This document shows positions 54,296 to 64,000 of a stretch of DNA of 64,000 bases, in pieces. The position numbers were made by a program, and so were the translations under genes. This stretch comes from Candidatus Marinacidobacterales bacterium (GTDB lineage Bacteria > Acidobacteriota > Vicinamibacteria > Marinacidobacterales > SMYC01): positions 802,951 to 866,950 of the forward strand of contig CBDCYI010000009.1 of NCBI GenBank assembly GCA_965224085.1, read 5' to 3'. Below the pieces are notes generated by a model that was not told the origin of the DNA, did not search any database, and was given only the letters and a program-made list of their open reading frames with translations. The stretch's first letter is position 1. The number at the start of each line of letters is the position of its first letter.

Positions 54296-56431
54296 TCGGC
54301 AACACAGTGCCCACAATCGCGAGTTTCTTGAACTCCACTATCCTTGGCATCCGCTCCACGGACGTAGGATTCTCGTCCGCGGCCGGCGAAAGTGGGGCAA
54401 GCACACAGCCGTTCGCTTCACGGTAGAAGACGAACCGCAACGAGTCTGGACCGAACTTCCGGTCTGGATGTTTGACCGTGCCGTCTGTTCACGGATGCGT
54501 TTGACTGACCGACCCCGCGTTCATTGGAAAGCCTTGGTAGAACTTAGGCAACTGCTGGACGAGACGGTGTGTGCGCCTCCGTTGGCAAGGGTACAAGATC
54601 AGCAGTCGGGATTGGCAGAAGCTGGTGGAAGTGTGTCGAGTGGTCGACACTCTTCTTATCGATCAGGAGACGATCTACGATTCTCGCCGCGGTAACGACA
54701 GGTTGCTTCTAGGATTGAAAGGCAGTCTCAACGAATACGAGCTCGATATCCTAAGGCTTCGCGCCGTAGAGGCTCGTCACGAGAAGGCGCGACGTGGAGA
54801 GTTGGTCGTCATAAGGTCTGCTGGCTATATCACGACCGACGAAGGCATCGTGAAGGAGCCAGACCGCCGTGTCCAGCGGACCATAGGATTAGTGTTCCAA
54901 AAGTTTCTCGAGCTTGGCTCAGCCCGCCAAACCTTGCTGTGGTTCATCGAGCACGGTTTAGAAATCCCTGTGCGCGAGTATGGCACAACGGGCTGGGAGA
55001 CCGTATGGAAACGCCCCACCTACCAGCTGGTAATACGAATTTTGCAGGACCCGATCCACGCGGGCGCCTACACCTACGGCAAGACCGAAGTAACGACTGA
55101 GTTTGAGAGTGGAGTCGCTCGCAAGAAAATCAGGCGAAAACCGAAAGAAGAGTGGCTTGCTTTGCTCTACGATCACCATGAGAGCTATATTGCTCGCGAA
55201 GAGTTTGAGCGGATCCAAGAGATGATCTCAAACAACGCTCAATGGCCGAACGGCCCTGGACCTGGAGCAGCAAAAAAGGGGCGAGCGCTCCTGTCGGGCT
55301 TGCTGCGGTGCGGGCGTTGCGGCCGCAAGCTGATGGTGGTCTACACGGGCCGGAACTGCGACGTTGCGCGCTACATGTGTGGTCGGGGAGCGCTGAACAA
55401 TGCGGAAGCTCGTTGTATCAGTTTCGGAAGTCAGCCAGTAGACGATGCTGTAGCCGGTGAAGTGCTCCGGGTGATCGAGCCTGGTGCCATAGAGGCAGCG
55501 ATGCTCGCACAGCGAGAAGTTGCTTGCGAGCAGGATGACGTCGTCGAAGCGCTGCGTCTGGACCTCGAGGCAGCACGCTACACAGCGGAGCGCTCTTGGA
55601 AACAATACGATACCGCTGACCCAGCAAACCGCCTGGTGGTTGATGAGCTGGAAAGACGGTGGAATATCGCACTCGAAAAATTTCAAGAGCTCGAAGATAG
55701 GATCACGCAACAGGAAGCTCAGCGAAAGCAAGTGGTGGCGCCGGACCTGAAGGTTTTCGAACAGCTAGCCGAAGATCTCGGTCGCGTATGGAGTGATCCA
55801 GAGACGGACGTCCGGCTGAAGAAACGCATCGTTCGTGCGCTGATTGAAGAGGTGATTGTCGACATCGACCGAACAATCGGTGAAACCTCACTCGTGATTC
55901 ATTGGAAAGGCGGCACGCACACTGAATTGCGCGTACCGATTCGTCGCCGCGGGCAAAACAGTCTCCATACGTCAAAGGACATCGTCGATGCGGTACGAAC
56001 TCTGACGCTGGTTTGTACTGATGATGTCGTAGCAGCTTACCTGAACCGTAACGGCCTACTCACCGGTCGTGGAAACCGCTGGACCCGAGAGAGAGTTGTT
56101 TCCCTTCGAAATAAGCGCGGGATCGCTAAGTATTCACCCCGACGGCAAGAGGCAGAAGGCTGGATGACCCTAACTCAAGCGGCCGCCTATCTTGGCGTCT
56201 CTGGCAGCGCCCTCCGGCACAGGGTCGAACGAGGTGAGCTGAAAGCCATGCATCCGCTGCCTGATGGACCTTGGGTTCTTAATAGGCAACAACTTGATCA
56301 ACCGGGTGTTCGCAAGGTTATCGAGAGGATCCGTCAGAATCGGAACCCCGCATCGCAATCACTCGAACAACGAACCCTTTTTGAAACAACAACATGACAT
56401 GATGAGGCAGTATGAAACGTCATTCTAGTGC
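54296..56431 (+). mobile_element. Large-serine-recombinase element with small accessory ORF, integrated into the rve IS
   Basis: TAGTGC duplicated at 54290-54295 and 56426-56431; single copy in the uninterrupted allele near 48838; accessory frame HYPWHPLHG...LP.WMFD. Confidence 0.8.
54571..56397 (+). pseudogene. Large serine recombinase lacking its catalytic N-terminus
   Basis: SRDW..L.EVC, NDRLLLGLKG.L.EYEL, LLSGLLRCGRCG zinc ribbon, C-terminal HTH; no Y.R.S motif. Confidence 0.8.
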
Positions 56432-57565
56432 ACTACGTATTCGGTTATCGCTGTCCGCAGGTGTCGCTCATTGAGAGGTACGAAGCGGTCGAGACACTCT
56501 CGACGTATGGAGAGAACGAATCTTTCCGCGTATGCGTTCAGATTCGGACTATTGGCGGGAAGGCGGAGGGGCTTCACGCCTGAATCTCTCAACAGCCCAC
56601 GTACTGCCTCGGTGAATAGCGGGTCCCGGTCGTGGATGAGGTATCGCTTGCCAAGGAGGAACCCATCCCACATGTCCGTGAGGTTTCTTGCCACCTGCTT
56701 CATCCACTCCCCGTTGGGGTCCGAGGTCATCCCACCGATGCACACGCAGCGAGTGGCGATATCGATGACAAACAGGACATGGTAGCGGACGAGCCCGAAC
56801 GGGTTCACCCACCTCGACGGTGAACAGGTCTGTCGCAGCGATAGCGCCCCAATGAGCCTTGAGGAAGGTGCTCCACGACATGCTCTTGCCCCGCTCCGGA
56901 GCCGGCGCGATACCGTGCTCGGCGAGGACCCTCTTGATGGTGTTGCGTCCGAGTTCATGTCCGAGGTTCTTGAGTGCGCCCCGCAGGCGCGTATATCCCC
57001 ACGTCGGGTTCTCTCGCGCCACGCGCACAATGAGCTCACGGATATCCTTCGCCGTCGGAGGTCGGCCTGGGCTCCGGTTCTTGCTGCCATCGTACTTGGC
57101 TGCGATGAGGTAGCGGTACCAGCGCAGAAGCGTAGCGGTACCAGCGCAGAAGCGTAGCGGGTGTGGCAACGGACGCAATCTGGGCCAGCGCCTCGCGGCC
57201 TAAAGCCTGGGCCTTGACCGCGAGCCTGCGCCGGTCGTCGTCCGAGAGCTTGAGACGCTTGCCCCGAAGCCCGGTTCGGAGCACACGGTTCTCCTCTTGC
57301 AGGTAGTCGATCACATCCTGCTGCTGGCGGTTGACCCAGCCAGCCACAACGAGCAGTAGGAATTGCGCGTGGTACGTCATCATGGAGCTGAAGATAACAC
57401 CCTCGGGCCAGACGATTGTAAAGCCTACGGCCCTTGGCCCGGTCGCAAACACAGACTCTAAGCTGCTGATTTATGGCCTATTTCAAAAGGGCCGAGTTTT
57501 GGCACAGGACGGGGTCTTCGTTTCGTGTTTGCTAGTCGAGCATCGGTGACTCGTTCCCCTCGCCG

Positions 57566-58231
57566 CTACTGCGTGATATAGGGCTTGAATTCCTCTTCGT
57601 TGCGCAGCTTTTCGACGATTCTCTCGGCTTCGTCCCGAGTCGCAAAACGACCCACACGCACCCGGTGGAGCTCCGCTTCGCCTCCCGCTTCCAGATAGGC
57701 GCGGTAGTTCTTTCTCTTCAGCCGCGAGAGAAGGGCCCGAGCCGTCCCTTCCGTCCGGAGCGCCACCACCTGAATGCTGAAGGTGCCGCTGTCAAGGCCG
57801 AACTGCTGGGGCCTTCTCGGTGCCGGAGCGGCCGGCGCCGGGATATCCCGGGCAGGGGCTTTCTTCGGGGTTGGAGTCGGCGGCGAAAAGGTCTGGTTCA
57901 CCGTCGCCTCGGGGCTCGTCCATCGCACCGGATCGAGTTTGGCCTCGGGTTTCTCCTCCTCAAGACGCTGGGCGTAGTCGCGTTTCGGAGTTCCAGCGGA
58001 TACCGTACGACGGCTGTCAGGGATCTGGCGACGCGTGCCGACCGCGATGTACTTTCCTGGAACCGCCAAGGTGGCGTTCCGGACTCCACGTCCGACCATC
58101 ACCTCACGTCCGACCATCGCGCCGCACAGGAACACGACTACGGCAATTGCCAGGGTCGCCATGAAAAAGAAGACCAACAGCTTGTTGTTCAGTTGGACCG
58201 TGTAATAGGCCCCGTCGTCATATTCGGCCAT
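57566..58231 (-). CDS. SPOR domain protein (FtsN/DedD-like)
   Basis: TM anchor, Pro-rich linker, FSIQV.AL...A..L...L, HRVRVG.F....A. Confidence 0.85.
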   Translation of the reverse strand: MAEYDDGAYYTVQLNNKLLVFFFMATLAIAVVVFLCGAMVGREVMVGRGVRNATLAVPGKYIAVGTRRQIPDSRRTVSAGTPKRDYAQRLEEEKPEAKLDPVRWTSPEATVNQTFSPPTPTPKKAPARDIPAPAAPAPRRPQQFGLDSGTFSIQVVALRTEGTARALLSRLKRKNYRAYLEAGGEAELHRVRVGRFATRDEAERIVEKLRNEEEFKPYITQ

Positions 58232-58677
58232 TCGCTTAACACTCCTTGGCCGTGCCATACCTAGTTGCACCCAAAGTGCTCATATTCTACATTAAGTCTA
58301 ACGGTTTATCACACTATGTTTATGGAATGTTCGTACACTGGGAATTCTGAGCTGCGCATGGCTGAGGATACTGGTGGCGACGACTTTCTGCTCTCCGGTC
58401 TGAAATAACAGCGGGTACGCGCGCGTCGTGTCCAAAATGTCAGCGCCGGTCTCGCGGTGGTCCATTTCGGCGTTGATGGGCTGGTCCAGGGCGGCATTAA
58501 GGGGTGGTCCACGTGGGGTTGGGGGTTAGATAGAATATCTGTGAGCGGGAGCTGCTGAGGTAACTTCGCCGAAGCGTCTCGGAGGAGAGTAGGAGCTCTC
58601 CCCCGAGACTTGACCCGCTGGGAGCAAGACCTCCCGCGCGCCCACCGAACGATCGGCCAAGTCGAGGACAAAGGCAA

Positions 58678-59184
58678 GTACGGGATCGTCGTGCTCTCGG
58701 CCCGACGATGTCGAAGGGATGCGGCAGATTGTTCGAGCCGCAGCGGGCGCAGGCGCGCTGCGGCGCAGAATGCCGTAGGGCAGCGAAGCGATGGAGAGAT
58801 TCGAAAAGTAGACGGCGCTACCGTAAAACGACGGAAGCGTCGGGAACAAAGTCGTCGTCACCGACGACGTAACGAAAGGTGGGAGGTTCGTTATCGTGCA
58901 GGGCGACAACGAATCGGTGCGGTCCAAAGCGGTTGAGCGTGAGGTATTGCCAAAAGGATGGAAGGAGTTCTAGTCCCTATACAAGCGCGATTGTGATAAA
59001 AAAAAATAGGAAGGGAAGTAAAAAGATACTCGAAATGCCCGTACGGGATCGTCGTGCTGCCCTACGGCATTCTGCGCCGCAGTAGCGCGCCTGCGCCCGC
59101 TGCGGCTCGAACGAGAGCGTCGACGTTCTGAAAGTGCAATCTGCCGCATCCCTTCAATAGACATCGTCGCTTTTTCGGCCGAGA
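58678..59184. repeat. Two inverted copies of a 105-145 bp non-coding unit
   Basis: 58696-58784 is the reverse complement of 59056-59184 with indels; both are preceded by GTACGGGATCGTCGTGCT. Confidence 0.8.
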
Positions 59185-59784
59185 CGGCAGGGGATTTTGG
59201 TCGTCAATTCGACGAGGAAGACATCAACGCGTTGATGGAAGCGTTCAACGGGGTGCGTCGGCGAATATGGTCATGTCAACCGGAAGAGTTTTTTGACGAA
59301 GCGAAGATCGACGCGAACGGCACACTATTGGAAACATTGGGAGAGTGTAAGGAAGGAATGCACATCTCGTACAAGGGGACATGGGGCTTCCACCCATTGG
59401 TGGTGTCGTTGGCGAATACGCAGGAGCCTCTTTTTCTGGTAAATCGAGGGGGCAATCGTCCGTCGAGTGAAAGGGCGAGCGAACGATTGGACCAGGCCAT
59501 CGAGTTGTGTCGGCGAAGCGGCTTCAAGAAAGTAACGCTACGCGGTGACACAGATTTTACGCAAACGAAACACCTGGACCGCTGGGATGAGCAAGAGGTC
59601 GAGTTCGTGTTCGGAATGGACGCCAGACGGAACGTGGTCGAAATCGCGGAAAGCCTTCCCCGCCGGGCCTGGAAGCGGCTCGAACGGCGTCCAAAGTATG
59701 AAGCGAAGACGGCTCCTCGGTGCAGACCGGAGAATGTGAAACAGGCGATTGTTCGGGAACGGGAATACAAGAACATCCGGACCG
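59184..59784 (+). pseudogene. IS1380-family transposase internal fragment
   Basis: TAGDF..F, ID..GT....GECKEG..ISY.G.WG.HPL.VSLANT.E, LRGDTDF. Confidence 0.8.
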
Positions 59785-59943
59785 CGTCCTGTGCCAAAAC
59801 TCGGCCCTTTTGAAATAGCCGTCCTGTCCAAAAACACAAACGAACTCGAGACTGGCGCGCCGGGACGTTTCGGATCAGAGACGTCTGAGCCTTGGTTGGC
59901 CAATGGAAGCTAGAATCCTCGGTCATGAGGAGGCAGAGCCAGC

Positions 59944-61132
59944 TGTCCCTTCCATAAACTCGAGCTGCGTGAGATTAGCGAGCTGCCTGCAACCAGGATG
60001 CTTGGGTCGTCTTCATGTAGGACGTTTCGAGGATCGGCGTCGGCTCTACTCAGGGGTATAGGTGTAAGCTGGCGCGAAGTCCCGTAGCCGTCCCGAGCGG
60101 ATCGGCTCAAGCAGCGGCGTGTCGAGTGTAATAATGATGGAGACCACCGACCTTTGGAATGGCTCTCACTTTGCCCATCGCCGGTGACTCTACCCGGCGA
60201 GGCTCAGGCGCGTCCTTCTCAAGCGACAAATGAGTCCGGCACGAATGATAGTAGTCGACGTATTTGCGTAGGATTCGCTTCAGGTGCCGCTCATCAAGGA
60301 CGATCACGTGGTCGAGACACTCACGTCGAATGGAGCCGATCATCCTTTCGACGAATGGATTCTGCCACGGGGAGCGCGGTGCGGTAAGGACCTGCTCTAT
60401 CCCAAGACCGTCGACGCGACTATCGAAGTACGCTCCGTAGGTCTGGTCTCGGTCCCGTACCAGGTACCGAGGCGCCGTGTCCCATGGAAAAGCATCGACC
60501 ATTTGCTGCGCCGTCCACTCGGCGGAAGGATGCTCGGTGACATTGAAATGAACGATACGGCGACGCTCGTGGCGAAGGACGATGAAGACGAACAGAACTC
60601 TGAAGGTTGCGGTCGGCAAAGTGAAAAAGTCGAGCGACACCAAGTCCTTTGCATGATTATCGAGAAAGCTCCGCCAAGTATGGGACGGCGGGGTGCGATG
60701 GCGAACCATATACTTGGAGACGGCTGCCTGGGAAATGGAGATGCCTAGCTTCGCCAGCTCGCCATGCACGCGGGGAGCTCCCCAGAGAGGGTTGGCCCTG
60801 CTCATGTCCCGAATCAGCTCACGTATTTCGGGAGCGACGCCTGGTCGTCCGGGCCTACGCCGTCGGCTCTTCCAAGTCCAATATCGTCTGAACCCACAAC
60901 GGTGCCAGCGGATGACCGTCTCAGGTTTCACGATGACGAGGACGCTCTCCCAGTCAGTCCAGATTCTGCGCAATAGCACCCAAAACCCGCGACATTCTCG
61001 AGAGCCAGCTCGCGACGAGCCTTGAAGGTAGAGATGAGAGCGCGAACCAACGACGAAATCATGCCGGCATGGTGCCGGCAGACCGGAGATTAATCAAGTT
61101 CGGGGCGCGCGGATGAATAAATAGAAGGCACA
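59944..61132 (-). mobile_element. Second rve-type IS with TGT...ACA ends; transposase 61062-60107 has an N-terminal deletion or frameshift
   Basis: Ends TGTCCCTTCCATAAAC / TGTGCCTTCTATTTAT(rc); [34 protein letters not shown]. Confidence 0.82.
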
Positions 61133-61388
61133 ACCGAAATCAAGCTGTCGTGTGATAGATTCTTGGGTCCGGAAACCGATGCAACGTGTCCACGGGCTTG
61201 AGAAATGCCAGGAATTTGAGAGGTTTCAATGAAAGACAATAAAACGATTGCCGAGCTGACATCGGAGTTGGTGGCACAGGTGGAGAAGCTGCTGCATAAG
61301 CTAGTTCCACGAATCACCGCTGTTCTTGCTGAGCCGGAGGCTCGATGATTAAGTCGAAACCCTCGGCCAGAGCGGGGAAGCTCGGCTC

Positions 61389-61643
61389 GGCAAACGAAAG
61401 TGGCACACAGAATCGGGCTACAGCAAACGGAGCAAAGTCGAGACAACGTTCCATCGCTACAAGGCTATCGTGGGCTCAGCAATGCGAGCGAGAGGGCTGG
61501 CGGCACAGAGAGTCGAGGCAAGGATCGGGTGCAAGATTCTCAACACGATGACGGCGCTCGGGATGCCTGATAGCGAGATGATCGGATGATGGGAGTCGGG
61601 GCCAAGCGAGTTCTCGGCCTCTATCGGAGTTGTGCACCAAGGC
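61389..61643 (+). mobile_element. IS903-group 3' fragment with right end
   Basis: W...SGY.KRS.VET...RYK...ILN.MT.LGMP; GTGCACCAAGGC end. Confidence 0.8.
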
Positions 61644-62133
61644 AGCAGATCTCCGGCCAGGATGGCCCAGAATGAGCGGCGGTGAGGTGATGTTCCACTA
61701 CACCCTATCAACCTGCCACACAGAGAAGACGCCACGCTCGGATGTACGACTCGAGATGCTGGCCGCATTGCGTTCTACCGTCGAGGTAGCCATCGGTGGC
61801 AAGGCGGTGCCATTGCCAGGATTCCCCTATTACGCGCTCAGCATCAGGAACACCTGGACCGGCGCGGTGGGCTGGCTTCTCGAGGGAGCCGAGCGGCGCG
61901 TCTTGGTTCGTTGCGTGACCGCCTGGACGGGCGGGGGCGTGACGAAGGGCTTGGCCTGGTTGGCGGCGACACTACCGGCGGATCTGGCTCTAGAGTTTCC
62001 CTGCTGTCTGGTCAAGCCTGGAGTAGCATTCCTTAAGGATTCCGGCGCGGCTAGTTGTCTTGATGACGCGGAACGTTGCATTAGCTGGGCGCTCGTCGAT
62101 GCGAGCGCGCCCGACCCCGAGACGGCGGCCTGA
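61630..62133 (+). CDS. Hypothetical protein, start uncertain
   Basis: Open frame only; no recognised motif. Confidence 0.3.
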   Translation: MCTKAADLRPGWPRMSGGEVMFHYTLSTCHTEKTPRSDVRLEMLAALRSTVEVAIGGKAVPLPGFPYYALSIRNTWTGAVGWLLEGAERRVLVRCVTAWTGGGVTKGLAWLAATLPADLALEFPCCLVKPGVAFLKDSGAASCLDDAERCISWALVDASAPDPETAA

Positions 62134-62309
62134 TTCGAGGCCAGGGTGGGTTGTCCATCATCATTACTAGTCCGGGACTGGACTCTAGGGCCCGGACCGC
62201 CCTTGAGCACATGCTGGAGAGCGTGGTCAGCGCGCGAGGGAAGGTGCTGAGGACGAACTTCTCGGCGACCAGCCGAGTTAACGCGAGCGACCAAGCTGAC
62301 TCAGGCTGC

Positions 62310-62527
62310 CTGTCCCTTCCATAAACTTGAGCTGCATGAGATTGTCAAACTGCCTGCAACCAGGACGCTCTGGTCATCTTCATGTAGGACGTTTTGAGAG
62401 CCGGCGTCGGCTCTACTCAGGGGTAGAGGTGTAAGCTGGTGCGAAGTTCTGCAGCCGTCCCGAGCAGATCGGACTCAAGCAGCGCGTCGAGTGTAATAAT
62501 GATGGAGACCACCAACCTTTGGAATGG
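62310..62527 (-). repeat. Duplicate right end of the 59944-61132 element
   Basis: Homologous to 59943-60163; cut at the repeat terminus at 62528. Confidence 0.85.
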
Positions 62528-62666
62528 CGTCCTGTGCCGAAACTCGGCCCTTTTGAATGGTTGGAGAAGATTGTGATCCGCAAAAAAGGAAGAACGCGTA
62601 TCGGCGGGCAGAAGAAAACGCCCCCGATGCCGACACCCCATTAGACTGGACTTTGCGGCGCAAAAG

Positions 62667-62795
62667 AGCGAACGTCGGGTGATGCTGAAGGATACAGGGG
62701 TTAACCAGGAATGTCGTTCTGGACGGTTTGGACCTCGCCAGCCTGCGGCGGGTCTGGGAGCAGACCTCTGGGGCTGCTCCTCCACGTTCGCTCTC
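62667..62795 (+). pseudogene. Second DUF2924-like 5' fragment
   Basis: Homologous to 38695-38820. Confidence 0.65.
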
Positions 62796-62816
62796 AAGCG
62801 CGAGAGGAACTAATAA

Positions 62817-63702
62817 ATGCCGTCCGATTCGGAAGACCGGAACATCGAGCAGCCGGAAGAAAGTGCGGTTTCCGAACCCGTCCTGACGGACGATGGCAAG
62901 TCCCTCCGGCATTGGCTCCTCGTCCCTGCCGGAGTCGTCGGGATTGCTTTTGTCGTGGGAATCGTCCTGTACTTTCTCCTTACTGGCGGAGGTATCGACG
63001 AGGCTCCCGACGCACTCGAGGCGCCGACGAGCACCGTGGCAGAGCCGGCTGCGCCACCGTCCGGCGAGACGGGAGCTCTACCCGAGGCGACGCCGATCGT
63101 TTTGCCACCGCTGTCCACTAGCGATGACTTCGTCCGCGCGATGGTCGAGAAGCTCTCCGCACATCCCGTGCTGGCGTCGTTTGTGGTGACCGAGCAGCTC
63201 GTTCGCAAAGCGGTGGTCGTGGTGGCCAACGTTGCGGAAGGGCTCAGCCCGGCTCGTTTGTTCCCGCATCTACGACCGGAGGAGCGGTTCGAGGTCGCCT
63301 CCCACTCGGGCCGACTCGTCATCGACGCGGAGAGCTACCATCGATATAACACGTACGTCGACCTCCTCGTTTCCCTCGATTCTGCTGGCCTCGTCGAAAC
63401 GTACCGCAATGTGAGACCCCTGATCGACGAGGCGTATCAGGAACTCGGCTACGGCGAGCAGCCATTCGAGGACGTTCTGACCATGGCCTTCGCGGTCGTT
63501 CTGAAAACACCCATTGTTCGGGGTGATATGGCCGGTCGAGACAGTAAGCGTCAACTACACTTACTCCGAGCAGTGGATCGAAGACCTCCCGCCCGTTCAG
63601 AGACAGCTTCTTCGCATGGGACCGGACAACGTCCAGCGGATCCAGGTGAAGCTACGGGAGATCGCGGTCGAGTTCGGTCTTCGTCTGCCCGCCGAGGGCT
63701 GA
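62817..63702 (+). pseudogene. DUF3014-like protein, frameshift near 63535
   Basis: LPPL..SD, SY.RY, PL..EAY.ELGY in one frame; Q.QLLRMGP.N...I..KLRE in another. Confidence 0.75.
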
Positions 63703-63877
63703 GCCCGCTCCCGGCAGGTGTTTACTCACTGAATATTTATATCCTTAAATCTAATTCAATCAGGACTCTGGCGGACAGCCAGTTAGGCTGTGATCCGCAA
63801 AAAAGCAGATCCCGTCCTGTGCCAAAACTCGGCCCAGCCGGCATCGACGAAAGAACTGCGCCTCTCGAAATCAGGCG

Positions 63878-63936
63878 AAACTCTAGCACACGAACAGGTT
63901 ACGCGGCGGCCACCAACACTTGACTGCGGAAGCACC
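63878..63936 (-). mobile_element. IS1-like left-end copy
   Basis: Homologous to 39508-39566. Confidence 0.7.
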
Positions 63937-64000
63937 TTCGAGCGCGCAGCCGGACGGTAAGGTCAGGGCAAGGGCAACAACGCCCTCGAATTCTTCACCA

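Larger units (their letters stand above)
53796..57511 (-). mobile_element. Full-span rve-type IS (about 1.45 kb net) with about 102-bp TIRs and two nested insertions; transposase 57383-54154 disrupted
   Basis: Inverted CGTCCTGTGCCAAAACTCGG... at both ends; transposase pieces continue across the insertions; 22-bp tandem duplication at 57110-57160. Confidence 0.85.

Noticed and set aside
58087-58118. 18-bp-period duplication in the SPOR gene (MVGREV-MVGRGV)
   Set aside because: In-frame local slippage with no evidence of function
38065-63835. Recurring CGTCCTGTGCCAAAAC repeat as a CRISPR array or integron attC array
   Set aside because: Spacing is 1-6.5 kb and irregular, copies extend into transposase sequence, and there are no cas genes, intact integron integrase or attC-style R/L boxes

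Overview
GC-rich bacterial chromosome segment; gene order and content suggest an Acidobacteriota-like organism, but that is inference only. About 1-32.7 kb is mostly housekeeping: ybeY-corC-era-[gabT]-mgtE-recO-glyQ-glyS-mutL, peptidases, yjbQ, garR, rlmN, four tRNAs, rdgB-rph-GerMN-amidase, ino1 and an uncharacterised Fe-S gene pair. It is interrupted by an IS5/IS903-group element, an ISNCY element and a low-GC PEP-CTERM islet with a sigma54/IHF/enhancer-like promoter. From about 32.8 kb to the end is a dense mobile-element graveyard with scattered cargo genes. Main observations there: (i) an rve-type IS with about 102-bp terminal inverted repeats whose terminus recurs at least 10 times, 9 in one orientation; (ii) a 125-bp AT-rich mini-element found at the same CTAG site of that IS end in both orientations, plus an empty allele; (iii) a group II twintron, with an RT-encoding intron inserted in the conserved DII/DIII junction of an intron whose RT gene is internally deleted; (iv) a serine-recombinase element integrated into the IS with a TAGTGC duplication; (v) an IS110 left end that may carry a bridge RNA. 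Many accessory genes are broken while core genes are intact. All calls come from motif recognition by eye; no searches were run.
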